64,000 nt of DNA, taken from an uncultured bacterium (GTDB taxonomy: Bacteria; Poribacteria; WGA-4E; WGA-3G). Each line of letters starts with the position of its first letter. The stretch's first letter is position 1. The position numbers and the translations under genes were made by a program. The stretch lies in the NCBI GenBank assembly GCA_964523645.1, contig CAZGAW010000005.1:2464-66463 (forward strand), written 5' to 3'. The notes beneath the pieces were generated by a model. That model did not search any database, was not told where the DNA came from, and saw only the letters and a program-made list of their open reading frames with translations. Positions 19,245 through 28,576 of the stretch are shown here, piece by piece.

Positions 19245-21230
19245 ATGAAAACATCCACTCCCCTGACACTTAGGGAAATTTTTACACCTGACGGGCTTAT
19301 CTCGCAACAACTTGAAGGGTATGAGTTCCGCCAAGAACAACTACAAATGGCGCATGAGGTAGCTCGCGCTTTTACAGCATCCGAGCATCTGATTGTCGAA
19401 GCCGGAACCGGTGTCGGTAAGAGTTTTGCTTATCTGATTCCTGCGATTTCACTTGCGCTCAAGGCAGAACAGAAGGTCGTTATTTCGACGAATACTATTA
19501 GTCTACAGGAACAATTGGTCACGAAAGATATTCCTTTTCTCCAGCGTGTACTCCCACGCGATTTCAGTGTCGTACTGGCAAAAGGACGACGTAATTATCT
19601 CTCGCGAAGACGGCTAAAAAATTTGATAAATTACGAACGTGGATTGTTTGATACACTTGAAGAAGTAGAGGAGGTAGCGTCAATCGAAGAATGGATGAAC
19701 CTGACAGTGGATGGCAGCAGGGCTGACTTACCTTGGTATCCTCAATCTTCGGTTTGGAATAAGGTCGCCTCCGACAGAGATGATTGTCTCGGACGCAATT
19801 GCGAGACCTATGATACCTGTTTCTATTTCAACGCCCGAAGGGAGATGCACAATGCAGATCTGCTTATTGTGAACCACCATCTGCTCTTCAGTGATCTCGC
19901 AATCCGTAAAGATAGCGAAGCGTCGATGAGCGTCTTACCCGATTATGATTATCTCATCATTGATGAGGCGCACCACTTAGAAGCAACAGCAACGAATCAC
20001 GCCAGCATCGACTTCAGCAACACTCGCGTCAAATGGATCCTCGATTCTTTGTACAATGAACGAAACGAAGAAGGTTTAGCGAGACGATTGAATTCCCCGC
20101 AACTACAACTGCAGGTTGCTACAGCGCGCCAACAGGCGAATATCCTCTTCAGGGAGATTGTTGAGACTATGCAAGAGCATATCGTTGCCGCAGAGAACAC
20201 CAACTCGCTAACCCCGCTTATCCATAAAAGCAATTTCGTCAGAAATGTACTGGATGCCCCGCTTGCCGATATTGAAAAAACCTTGAAACGTCTCCATGAC
20301 ACGGCTATGACAGACGATGATGAACAGGAAATTACAGCACACCAACGGTATTGTCAACGCCTCCGGGAAGAATTAGATATGATAATCCGGCAGAACGACC
20401 CGGATTATATCTATTGGGCTGAAATATCAACGCGCGGACGAACCGCGCGTGTTCTTCTAAATGCTACCCCAGTGAATGTAAATCAGATGTTGCAAGATCA
20501 TCTGTTCATGGCAAAAAGTAGCGTCGTAATGACGAGTGCTACACTTTCTACGAATCGCAACTTTGCCTATTTCAAAAAACGGGTCGGGCTCAGTGAGTCT
20601 CGTGAGCTGCTTGTCAGTTCGCCGTTCGACTTTAAACAGCAAGTACAGATCCACATCCCGCGTAATATGCCGCACCCGAATAGTAGTGGGTTTGTACCCA
20701 CAGCGATTGAAAAGATTAAATATTACCTTAAACTGACTCACGGTAAAGCGTTTGTCCTCTTCACGAGTTACAAAATGATGGACGAAGTATACGATGCTAT
20801 TGCCCCTGATTTGGAGGAAATAGGGATTGATACTTTCAAACAGGGAGGCGACCTGTCCCGCACAGCTATGCTTCAGGCGTTTCGTGAGAATACAGACTCA
20901 GTTCTATTTGGGACCTCCAGTTTCTGGGAAGGCGTTGACGTGCGCGGTGAATCGCTCAGCAACGTTATCATTACGCGGTTGCCTTTTGAAGTACCCACGC
21001 ACCCCGTGATGGAAGCACGTGTGAAACAGATTAAGGAAGCCGGTGGGAACGAATTCTTTGAATTTAGTTTACCCGAAGCGATATTGCGTCTCAAACAGGG
21101 ATTTGGACGACTCATCCGCACGCAGACCGACAAAGGGATTGTCGTAATCCTCGACCCAAGGATTAAAACGGCGAGTTACGGGAAACAGTTTTTAGGTTCA
21201 CTACCAGACTGCGAGATTGTAGAAGAATAA
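19245..21230 (+). CDS. dinG: DinG/Rad3-family ATP-dependent DNA helicase (Fe-S cluster type)
   Basis: 661 aa with Walker A EAGTGVGKSFAYL and DEAH box IIDEAHHLE. A four-Cys cluster is present (CLGRNCETYDTCFY), and the C-terminal helicase motifs include GTSSFWEGVD. Confidence 0.9.
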   Translation: MKTSTPLTLREIFTPDGLISQQLEGYEFRQEQLQMAHEVARAFTASEHLIVEAGTGVGKSFAYLIPAISLALKAEQKVVISTNTISLQEQLVTKDIPFLQRVLPRDFSVVLAKGRRNYLSRRRLKNLINYERGLFDTLEEVEEVASIEEWMNLTVDGSRADLPWYPQSSVWNKVASDRDDCLGRNCETYDTCFYFNARREMHNADLLIVNHHLLFSDLAIRKDSEASMSVLPDYDYLIIDEAHHLEATATNHASIDFSNTRVKWILDSLYNERNEEGLARRLNSPQLQLQVATARQQANILFREIVETMQEHIVAAENTNSLTPLIHKSNFVRNVLDAPLADIEKTLKRLHDTAMTDDDEQEITAHQRYCQRLREELDMIIRQNDPDYIYWAEISTRGRTARVLLNATPVNVNQMLQDHLFMAKSSVVMTSATLSTNRNFAYFKKRVGLSESRELLVSSPFDFKQQVQIHIPRNMPHPNSSGFVPTAIEKIKYYLKLTHGKAFVLFTSYKMMDEVYDAIAPDLEEIGIDTFKQGGDLSRTAMLQAFRENTDSVLFGTSSFWEGVDVRGESLSNVIITRLPFEVPTHPVMEARVKQIKEAGGNEFFEFSLPEAILRLKQGFGRLIRTQTDKGIVVILDPRIKTASYGKQFLGSLPDCEIVEE

Positions 21231-21269
21231 AAAAAGATGCCCGTGAGACATATCTGTCCCACGGGCATC
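21229..21269 (-). terminator. Rho-independent terminator shared by convergent genes
   Basis: GATGCCCGTG (21236-21245) pairs with CACGGGCATC (21260-21269) in a 10-bp stem. On the minus strand the stem is followed by a 7-T run (plus-strand A-run 21229-21235). It lies between the dinG stop and the lipoprotein gene stop. Confidence 0.75.
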
Positions 21270-21329
21270 TTCATGTGTGTGAATAGAATAACCCTGAGTG
21301 CTATTTCCTTTGCGTGAACGCTACTGTGA

Positions 21330-22382
21330 TTAGTAGCGTCTCGGAGATGGTTGCGCCACGCGAATCCCTCTATCGTGTATGAATGGGAATTCAAATTCTA
21401 CCGTTTGATAGCGTTGGGCACCCCCGGGGGGTGGTGCCTTTTCGATAGGTAGAATAACCTTCAGTTCAATAGCATTCAACTTCGTCTGCACGAATGGTAA
21501 GAAACCTTCTGAACTCTCACCAGGGGGTACCCCTGTGCGGCGTGCGCCTACCTGCTTTTCAACAATAGGCATCCGTTTCTCGATTAAAATCCGCCGTGCG
21601 GTTTCAAGCCCATTTGTGACGTAGAGCCCTGTTGCACGTGCCATATATGTGAAACGCTCTTTCAAATCATCGTAATCCATACCGTTATAGATATTCTCAC
21701 CTTGGTCGATGATTTGGCATTTTTTGACATCGAAGATGATATTTTCACTTCGATTGTTAGTAATCTTCACATAAAACACATCTGTTTTATCGCCTTGGTG
21801 AAGTGCTTCTGTCTCATAAAAAGGTGAAAAAGCATTGCCTCGATTGTACTTCCGGTCAAGATCCGGTCGCCGCCAATATGCGATAGAAACAGTGATTCCA
21901 TCCACAGTCCTTGTTAGGATTGGCTGTCTTGACTGAACGTCAAAAAGTTGTGGATAATCAGACATCATGATGATATCAACCATTTTTCTATCTTCACCGG
22001 TACCGGTTTCAATCTGGCTTTGCGTATCGGGCCACTCGTTGAGGAATTCACTCCACTGATCTGCGGCATGTGCATATTCATCAAATGCGACGATGTAAGT
22101 TAACGCTTCCATGTTGGCATTACGCGCTTTCCCAATTCGGAATCCGACAGTACTCATACCGTGTTTGTCCAACACGGGCTTCGCGAGTACCTCAGAAGGG
22201 ATAGCCGGGACAACTACCTCTTCATTGGGTTTTTCGCTCTGTAACTCCAATGCTACCGCTATATTATGCACGGGTTGAATTGGGGACAAGTTACCGAGTG
22301 CTGTTCCACAACCCGTAACGCCAATGGCGAGTATAAATAGCAGCCCGAGATTGAGTGCTGTGAATTTATTCAACCATTTCAT
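21330..22382 (-). CDS. Hypothetical lipoprotein
   Basis: The start is set at MKWLNKFTALNLGLLFILAIGVTGCG, which has a lipobox. AAGGAGG lies upstream and falls inside the longer ORF-track version. No domain was recognised. Confidence 0.7.
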   Translation of the reverse strand: MKWLNKFTALNLGLLFILAIGVTGCGTALGNLSPIQPVHNIAVALELQSEKPNEEVVVPAIPSEVLAKPVLDKHGMSTVGFRIGKARNANMEALTYIVAFDEYAHAADQWSEFLNEWPDTQSQIETGTGEDRKMVDIIMMSDYPQLFDVQSRQPILTRTVDGITVSIAYWRRPDLDRKYNRGNAFSPFYETEALHQGDKTDVFYVKITNNRSENIIFDVKKCQIIDQGENIYNGMDYDDLKERFTYMARATGLYVTNGLETARRILIEKRMPIVEKQVGARRTGVPPGESSEGFLPFVQTKLNAIELKVILPIEKAPPPGGAQRYQTVEFEFPFIHDRGIRVAQPSPRRY

Positions 22383-22600
22383 TGATAATATTGCCTCCTT
22401 GGTTACCATTCTCCGAATGGCAAATTCGTTTTTCGATTTCCACTCCGGGGATACTCAAAAGCTCCACACGCGAGCGTCTACGGATGGCTTTGAGAAAGCC
22501 AGAGTAAAATAAAATGGTGCGTCTAAAACTGATTTTATATTTTTAAAGTAGCATAACTACAATTTTTAGTCAAGAAATATGTAAGCGGAATTTGTTGTTA

Positions 22601-24718
22601 TCATTTTATGACACTCAATTTTCCAATTTCTTGAACAAGTACGTCCGCCTGCATCGCAGAAATACGGTAAATATAAATACCCGGAGCAAGAGGTTTACCA
22701 TTCCGTGTGACCGCCGACCATTCAAACTTTCCTTGTATGCCTACATTCTCGCGGGTCTCACTATAGACCAGATCGCCCGTCGCCATGAAAATTTCGAGGC
22801 TGATGTTATCGGCAATCTGCGAAGCAGAGAGACGATAGGCGAACGTCACCGCAGTATCGCCTACCAGGAAGGGGTTCGGATATACTTTTGTCTCATCAAG
22901 CGCGAAAACTTCAGACTGCAGTTGCTCCACGCGCAGACGGTAAGAATCGACGCTACTGAATCCACCGTCTGATTCCACGATAACATAGAATATACCGGTT
23001 TTATTGGGCTGATAGATGAGTTTCAATCCGCTGATGTCAGTTGCATTTTCCCCAGTAGCGATCATTTGACCTGTTTCTGCGTGGAGAGACAGGCGATAGT
23101 TTTGGCTTGGTGGAATGTCAGCCAATGTCACTAAAATTGTGGTAGCACGAGTAGCCTCCAATGCATAAACATCGCGTGTATCCGCTAAATCAAAAAGAAA
23201 GGATTCGTACGTTTGCGCGTATGTGATAGGATAAGCCATCGCAAACGTATCATTTGGTTCATAAGTATCGCCGAACGACACGAGGATTGGAATCGTAAGA
23301 CCTTCCGGTCCGATATTCGTAATAGAAATACCGGTAACGGTGCCATCGTTTGCATTACTGTTTGGTAGCGTGCCAGGTGTAAAGGCGGTCTGCCCATCAT
23401 CTGAAGAGTAAGCGGCACCATCCGTTATCGCTTGCACATTTATAAGCGCAACATCATCCTGTTGATAGGTGCCGAGATGTTCGGGATCCGCTGGATCCTC
23501 AAGCCATATCTGTTGCGATGCATCAAAAGTGCCGATCGGATAAGGGCGCGTCTCGTCAATATGCCAAATCAGGATACCGGATTCAGGTAAATAGGTATCA
23601 AAAATCGCACCTGATGTCTTGTTCCGATTCTCTATGAGGAAAAATTCTGTTGCCTCTCCTCGAACAGGGGTTGCTGACGAATGAATATCAATTTTAAAAA
23701 GTTTATCGGTTTTGGGTCCAAGTTCAAAACTGGGCACATCAATCTTTTGATTTTGTGTTATTTGAACGGGTTGAATCCAGCCGAGGCGACCATTTTGAGG
23801 TCTTGCATCAAAATCCCATTTGAGATACCCCATAATATGGCTCGGCTGTAAACCGTTCCCGAGTCCTAATTCTGCTGGACCTTGATAGGGTCCAAATTGA
23901 CTCATTAGTCCCCATTTATGATCGCGTGCGTCCGTGAAGTCGAACCCGTAAACATCAGGAGCACCGAAATCGTGGAAAAACTCGTGGAAATAGATTCCTA
24001 AATGCGGGTGCTCAAAATCGGGTTCTTCGGCTACAATGGCAGCAGTATTGACTCGCACACCATCGTAAACAGCGTTAACGGCGGGTATTAGAAGCGACTG
24101 GATATCATAATCAATAACACCTGTGGAAGCTTGGTCATTCCCTGAGTGTATGAGGATGATGTGGTCAACGATTCCGTCACTATCCCTGTCATATTGTGAG
24201 AAATCAACGATGGCATCTACGGCTTCACACGCTTCTCTGACCAATTCGCGGTAACGTTCAAGGATTCTAACGCCTTCGCCGTAATATGTCATCGGCTTTT
24301 TGGCACGAATCCATGTATTACCTTTGGGGATAACGCCTCCCATCGGACCTGGCTGAATGTCCATCTGTCCGTAAGAATTTTCACGGTAATACGTTTTGAG
24401 GGAAATGCCTTCGGTTGCAAAAAGGTATCTATCGAACGCCGCTCCTTCCCTACGCCCGGGCATATCAGCAAAATCGATTTTCAGAGCGAGGACATATTCT
24501 ATGCCATCCGACTGCAAAACCCCTTGTTCCCTTGCAAGGCAACATCCCTCAAGGGCTTCACGAAATTCCACATTACTTTGAGGTGCTTTCGGCACCAATT
24601 CGCCAGTTTCTGGGTCTTCTTTAAAAAAGAGGTAAGGATTTGGTGGAGCAGCAATACCTATAGACGAAAGGAGGACAAAACCGACGATCCCAAGGATTAA
24701 TCTCTGCAAGTTTTTCAT
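22601..24718 (-). CDS. M6 (immune inhibitor A-like) metalloprotease with a C-terminal FlgD/T9SS-like domain
   Basis: HExxH zinc motif in YFHEFFHDFGAPDVYG. A signal peptide follows the start at MKNLQRLILGIV (the cat at 24716-24718 was checked). The C-terminus reads VYPNPF...PGIYIYRISA...GKLSVIK. Confidence 0.85.
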   Translation of the reverse strand: MKNLQRLILGIVGFVLLSSIGIAAPPNPYLFFKEDPETGELVPKAPQSNVEFREALEGCCLAREQGVLQSDGIEYVLALKIDFADMPGRREGAAFDRYLFATEGISLKTYYRENSYGQMDIQPGPMGGVIPKGNTWIRAKKPMTYYGEGVRILERYRELVREACEAVDAIVDFSQYDRDSDGIVDHIILIHSGNDQASTGVIDYDIQSLLIPAVNAVYDGVRVNTAAIVAEEPDFEHPHLGIYFHEFFHDFGAPDVYGFDFTDARDHKWGLMSQFGPYQGPAELGLGNGLQPSHIMGYLKWDFDARPQNGRLGWIQPVQITQNQKIDVPSFELGPKTDKLFKIDIHSSATPVRGEATEFFLIENRNKTSGAIFDTYLPESGILIWHIDETRPYPIGTFDASQQIWLEDPADPEHLGTYQQDDVALINVQAITDGAAYSSDDGQTAFTPGTLPNSNANDGTVTGISITNIGPEGLTIPILVSFGDTYEPNDTFAMAYPITYAQTYESFLFDLADTRDVYALEATRATTILVTLADIPPSQNYRLSLHAETGQMIATGENATDISGLKLIYQPNKTGIFYVIVESDGGFSSVDSYRLRVEQLQSEVFALDETKVYPNPFLVGDTAVTFAYRLSASQIADNISLEIFMATGDLVYSETRENVGIQGKFEWSAVTRNGKPLAPGIYIYRISAMQADVLVQEIGKLSVIK

Positions 24719-24758
24719 TTTTCTAAACAAGAAAAAACGACCAAAAACTAAGAAAGAC

Positions 24759-26057
24759 CTAATCAAATTCGCCTCCACACTTCCTGCACAAGATATAGAA
24801 CTGGATATCATCGGATTGCGCGTGTTGTATCATGAGATCAACTGCCTGTTGCGGTAAATCTGCTGCACATTTCGGGCATTTATAGAGCGAACCTTCTGTC
24901 TCTGGAAATCGGGTGATATTTCCCCATATATCTTGGAGCCAGTATTTGAATTCCCACGGAATTTCAGTATTAACGGCAGTTGCAATCTGAACAGCGTGAC
25001 GAATTAGTTTTCGGCATTCATGAATAGAAGCAGGTTCGTAAGGATGTGGTGCGTGCCGAATTGGGAGTGGTTTCCCTTCTGTCTCAGTTTCCGTGTTGAA
25101 ATCGCGAGTACGCGTAAGCAAAATCTGATCCAAGCGCGAACCTTCTTCTCTGCCCTTTGACCAAAGACGATAGTAGCCTGTCCGTTTAATGTGGAAAAAG
25201 GCTGGATTGATGCCCTGCTTCGTGTTTACGATACTATCCGGACCGGTATTCCATAACCAGCGATGCCACTTAGAGGTATCATCTGGATCAGGACAAATTC
25301 TAATAGCACCTGGACCGCCATCCCGATCCCACGGCTTTACGGGTACATCATCCATGCCGATCCAATAAGAGTCTTTACTATACTCAAAAAAGGCACGAGC
25401 CCAGAGGTACCATTTCCCAGTTTTAGGGATATAGATTTCGTGTATCGCCCGCGCACCTTTCAGACTGTCAATGGCTTTTCCGCGAGATGCCTCTTCGTGC
25501 GCAACTATTCTCACACCCTTATCAAGATGGATAGCAGTATCCGCTTCAATAACGATCGTATCTTTCGGTAACCGAATGAGCTCCCGAGGTTCGTCAGTAT
25601 CCTCAGGTTCTGTAGGTTCCATAAGATCATAGTTCTTCGCAATACGCTGTGAAACCTTCTCGAACTGTTTTTCGGAGAGGTTCGCGTCAAAAAAACAGTC
25701 GCGGATGCCTTTCTTCCAGAGGTCCAGTAGCAGGAACATCGCCTTCAGATTACCATCTGGGCGTTTCCGTGTACCAACCACGATTAACATACCGGTATCC
25801 TTGGAACGGCTAATCAAGCATCGATGCAATGGAAAATTAGGTAACTTATGGGCTCTGCTTGATACAACAAGCGGTGCGTAGTATTGACACTTTTCATCAC
25901 ACCCGGGGATCTTAGCACGTTTGGCTCTACAACATTCTGGACAAATTAGCGTACCGCTGAGTGCCGGACATATCCGTTTACCATTATCAGAACGGCAAGT
26001 TCGACATCGTTGGCGTTTAGGCTTTCTTCTTGAGGTTCGGTATTGCTGATGTCGCAT
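24759..26057 (-). CDS. Cys-rich hypothetical protein with a C-terminal zinc ribbon
   Basis: 432 aa. The N-terminus carries a basic Cys cluster (CRTCRSDNGKRICP...CPECCRAKRAKIPGCDEKCQYY). The C-terminus has CPKC...CRKC. The Trp-rich central region was not recognised. Confidence 0.65.
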   Translation of the reverse strand: MRHQQYRTSRRKPKRQRCRTCRSDNGKRICPALSGTLICPECCRAKRAKIPGCDEKCQYYAPLVVSSRAHKLPNFPLHRCLISRSKDTGMLIVVGTRKRPDGNLKAMFLLLDLWKKGIRDCFFDANLSEKQFEKVSQRIAKNYDLMEPTEPEDTDEPRELIRLPKDTIVIEADTAIHLDKGVRIVAHEEASRGKAIDSLKGARAIHEIYIPKTGKWYLWARAFFEYSKDSYWIGMDDVPVKPWDRDGGPGAIRICPDPDDTSKWHRWLWNTGPDSIVNTKQGINPAFFHIKRTGYYRLWSKGREEGSRLDQILLTRTRDFNTETETEGKPLPIRHAPHPYEPASIHECRKLIRHAVQIATAVNTEIPWEFKYWLQDIWGNITRFPETEGSLYKCPKCAADLPQQAVDLMIQHAQSDDIQFYILCRKCGGEFD

Positions 26058-26125
26058 GTTTCTTCTAAAAAGGTAGTCGTATTGAAAATCTCATCTGAGA
26101 ATTCTATAAGAAATTAGAAAGTTGA

Positions 26126-28426
26126 TTAACTTGGACGATTGACAAGATCCGCCAGATATTCAGCGATTTTGTCAGTAATCTGTTGCGCGTCTACATCCGC
26201 AAAGTTAAACAATTCCTTAAGCATAGGGGAGATGGCACCCGTATCGAGTAATGCATTCGCAAGTCTACCCATATTGCTTCGGTTGAGACCGCCTTGTCCA
26301 TCGTTGTTCCCCATATCCAGAATCTTAATGCTGTCAATTTTCTCAACAGGCTTCATGAGTTCCTCGACAATATCAGCCGACTCATTAATGAGTTCCATAA
26401 TTGCTTCTTGAACGAGGACGCGTTGTTCAGCAACATTTCGAGCTTCATATTCTGCCATCTCGCCTTGCGCTTTTGCTCGTGCTTCAGCAAGTACAGCATC
26501 AGCAAGACGTTCAATCGGCTGTGCCTGCGCTTCAGCACCGATGATTGCTACCTCGCGCTGCCATTCAGCCTCCTTCACTTGTTCGGTTGCTGTTACATTA
26601 ACTTCTGCACCCATGCGTTCAGCTTCAGCAACTAACTGCTCCTTCTCTGCGAGTGCCGTCACTTGCTGTTTATTCGCGACATCGATCTTCCGATCCTCAT
26701 CCGTTAAGGCAACCTGTAGTTCTTGATTGATACGGGTCTGCTCTACTGTCAAGATTTTAGCAATCTCAGCGAGTGAAACTTGTCGTACCTGATCGATTTG
26801 TGCGGTTTCAATGACGAGGTTCTTCTCGATTTCACGCTGCTGGACCTGTTGTTCTTGACTGAAACGTGCTGTTTGCACTGCCAACTCTTGCTCAATATCC
26901 CGTAGTGCCACACCCTCTTCTTGGGCAATACGGGCCCGCTCGACGATGAGTTGTTTTTCAATGTCTCGTGTCTCTACCTGCTGTTCCTGTCCAATTCGTG
27001 TGAGTTCCACTGTCAAGGTTTTAGCAATTTCTGCGAGTTCAACCTGTCGCATTTGGTCAATTTGTGCGGTTTCAACGACGAGGTTCTTCTCGATTTCACG
27101 CTGCTGGACCTGTTGTTCTTGACTGAAACGTGCTGTTTGCACTGCCAACTCTTGCTCAATATCCCGTAGTGCCACACCCTCTTCTTGGGCAATGCGTGCT
27201 TTCTCTACTGCTAATACCTTTTCTATTTCACGAACAGCAATGGTCTGTTCCTGCTCAATTCTCTGCATTTGGACAACGAGATGTTGCTCAATTTCAGCGA
27301 GTTGTACAACTTTGGATTGCTCAATCTGTTGTGTTTCGACGATGAGGTTTTTCTCAATTTCACGTTCAGCGACAACCTGTTCCTGTTGGACGCGAGCGAC
27401 TTCAATATCACGGTTCATCTCAATTTCACGTTCTTGGACGACCTGTTCCTGCGTGATACGTGCGCGTTCAACTTCTTGCTTCATCTCGTATTCACGTTCT
27501 TGCACGCCCTGTTCCATCTCAAATTGGAATTTGAGGGTCTCCGCTTCCCGTTCAGCGGCATAGATAGAAATGTTCTTCTGCTGGTCGGACTCTGCCCATG
27601 CCTGTTGTTGTTCAGCTTCCAGTTTCTGTATACGGGCATCAACCTCGATTTGAACAATAGCAACCTCTTTTTCCTGTACAATCCGTTCCTTTTCTCGTTC
27701 CTGCTCAGCGGTAATTTCGGTAATTTCACGGATACCGACTGCGTCAAATCGGTTTTCAGCATCAAGTGTTTCAACCGGTGTTTGATCGACGCGAATAATC
27801 GATACCGTTTCAAGGGTTAAACCGTTTTGTACCTCTAAATCCTCACCGCAGGCAGATTGCACTTTGTCAGCAAACTCTTGGCGTTTCTGGAGAAGATCCT
27901 GAATTTCACTTTCAGCTGCGACACTTCGCAGCGCGCCCTCGAGTTTAGGTTCAATGAGTTCTCGTACAGTTTCCGGTGTCATCGATTTATCACCGAGTGC
28001 TTGGGCAGCGCGTAGAATATCAGTCTCCTCAGGCTCGACTTTAAGGTAGAAAACAACTTCAACATCACCGCGGTTAAAGTCGTAAGTAATCAAAGCCTCT
28101 GACCCTTCTCGAATAACCTCAATTCGCATGGTGTTGAGAGAGATCTGTTTAATTTCATGGATAATAGTGTTGACCCAGAGACCACCGGTAATACGAATTT
28201 TCTCTTTCGCACCACCAGTCCGTACAAGTGCAATATCGGCTTTCGGTATCCGGTAGCGAATGACTGTAGCGGCAAAGGTAGCCAGACTCGCAAACAATAC
28301 GAAGAGGGTAGCTGTCAACCATCGTATTACTTTGTTTTGCCCAAAATGGTCGAGGTTCTGATAGGCAAACCAGCCAACAGCGATTGCGACAACAATCAAG
28401 AAAACGATAACAGCAATGAAACGCAT
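26126..28426 (-). CDS. Flotillin-like SPFH/band-7 protein with a long repetitive coiled coil
   Basis: 766 aa with an N-terminal TM segment and an SPFH-like region (ADIALVRTGG...VEVVFYLKV). About 12 tandem 22-aa units follow. Confidence 0.88.
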   Translation of the reverse strand: MRFIAVIVFLIVVAIAVGWFAYQNLDHFGQNKVIRWLTATLFVLFASLATFAATVIRYRIPKADIALVRTGGAKEKIRITGGLWVNTIIHEIKQISLNTMRIEVIREGSEALITYDFNRGDVEVVFYLKVEPEETDILRAAQALGDKSMTPETVRELIEPKLEGALRSVAAESEIQDLLQKRQEFADKVQSACGEDLEVQNGLTLETVSIIRVDQTPVETLDAENRFDAVGIREITEITAEQEREKERIVQEKEVAIVQIEVDARIQKLEAEQQQAWAESDQQKNISIYAAEREAETLKFQFEMEQGVQEREYEMKQEVERARITQEQVVQEREIEMNRDIEVARVQQEQVVAEREIEKNLIVETQQIEQSKVVQLAEIEQHLVVQMQRIEQEQTIAVREIEKVLAVEKARIAQEEGVALRDIEQELAVQTARFSQEQQVQQREIEKNLVVETAQIDQMRQVELAEIAKTLTVELTRIGQEQQVETRDIEKQLIVERARIAQEEGVALRDIEQELAVQTARFSQEQQVQQREIEKNLVIETAQIDQVRQVSLAEIAKILTVEQTRINQELQVALTDEDRKIDVANKQQVTALAEKEQLVAEAERMGAEVNVTATEQVKEAEWQREVAIIGAEAQAQPIERLADAVLAEARAKAQGEMAEYEARNVAEQRVLVQEAIMELINESADIVEELMKPVEKIDSIKILDMGNNDGQGGLNRSNMGRLANALLDTGAISPMLKELFNFADVDAQQITDKIAEYLADLVNRPS
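26711..27502. repeat. Intragenic tandem repeat: about 12 x 66 bp (22 aa) with a nested 264-bp duplication
   Basis: The repeat unit is xxREIEKxLxVExARIxQEQxV. Positions 26813-26929 and 27077-27193 are an identical 117-bp string, which I checked base by base. Confidence 0.85.
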
Positions 28427-28576
28427 TCAATTCTCCTATAGAATGATTTTCTAACTATTAGAATCTGGGCATCGTTCCATTACATTCCACGATGGTGTCT
28501 GGTTAATTCTAACCGAGATAGGAATCTGCCCCGTTTTAATTGCCTTCTTTTACTTTAGAAGATACGTCTAAAAATT

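Noticed and set aside
26700-27510. A regularly spaced repeat that might have been a CRISPR-like array
   Set aside because: The 66-bp periodicity is in frame within the flotillin coiled coil. There is no repeat/unique-spacer alternation, and no cas genes are present.
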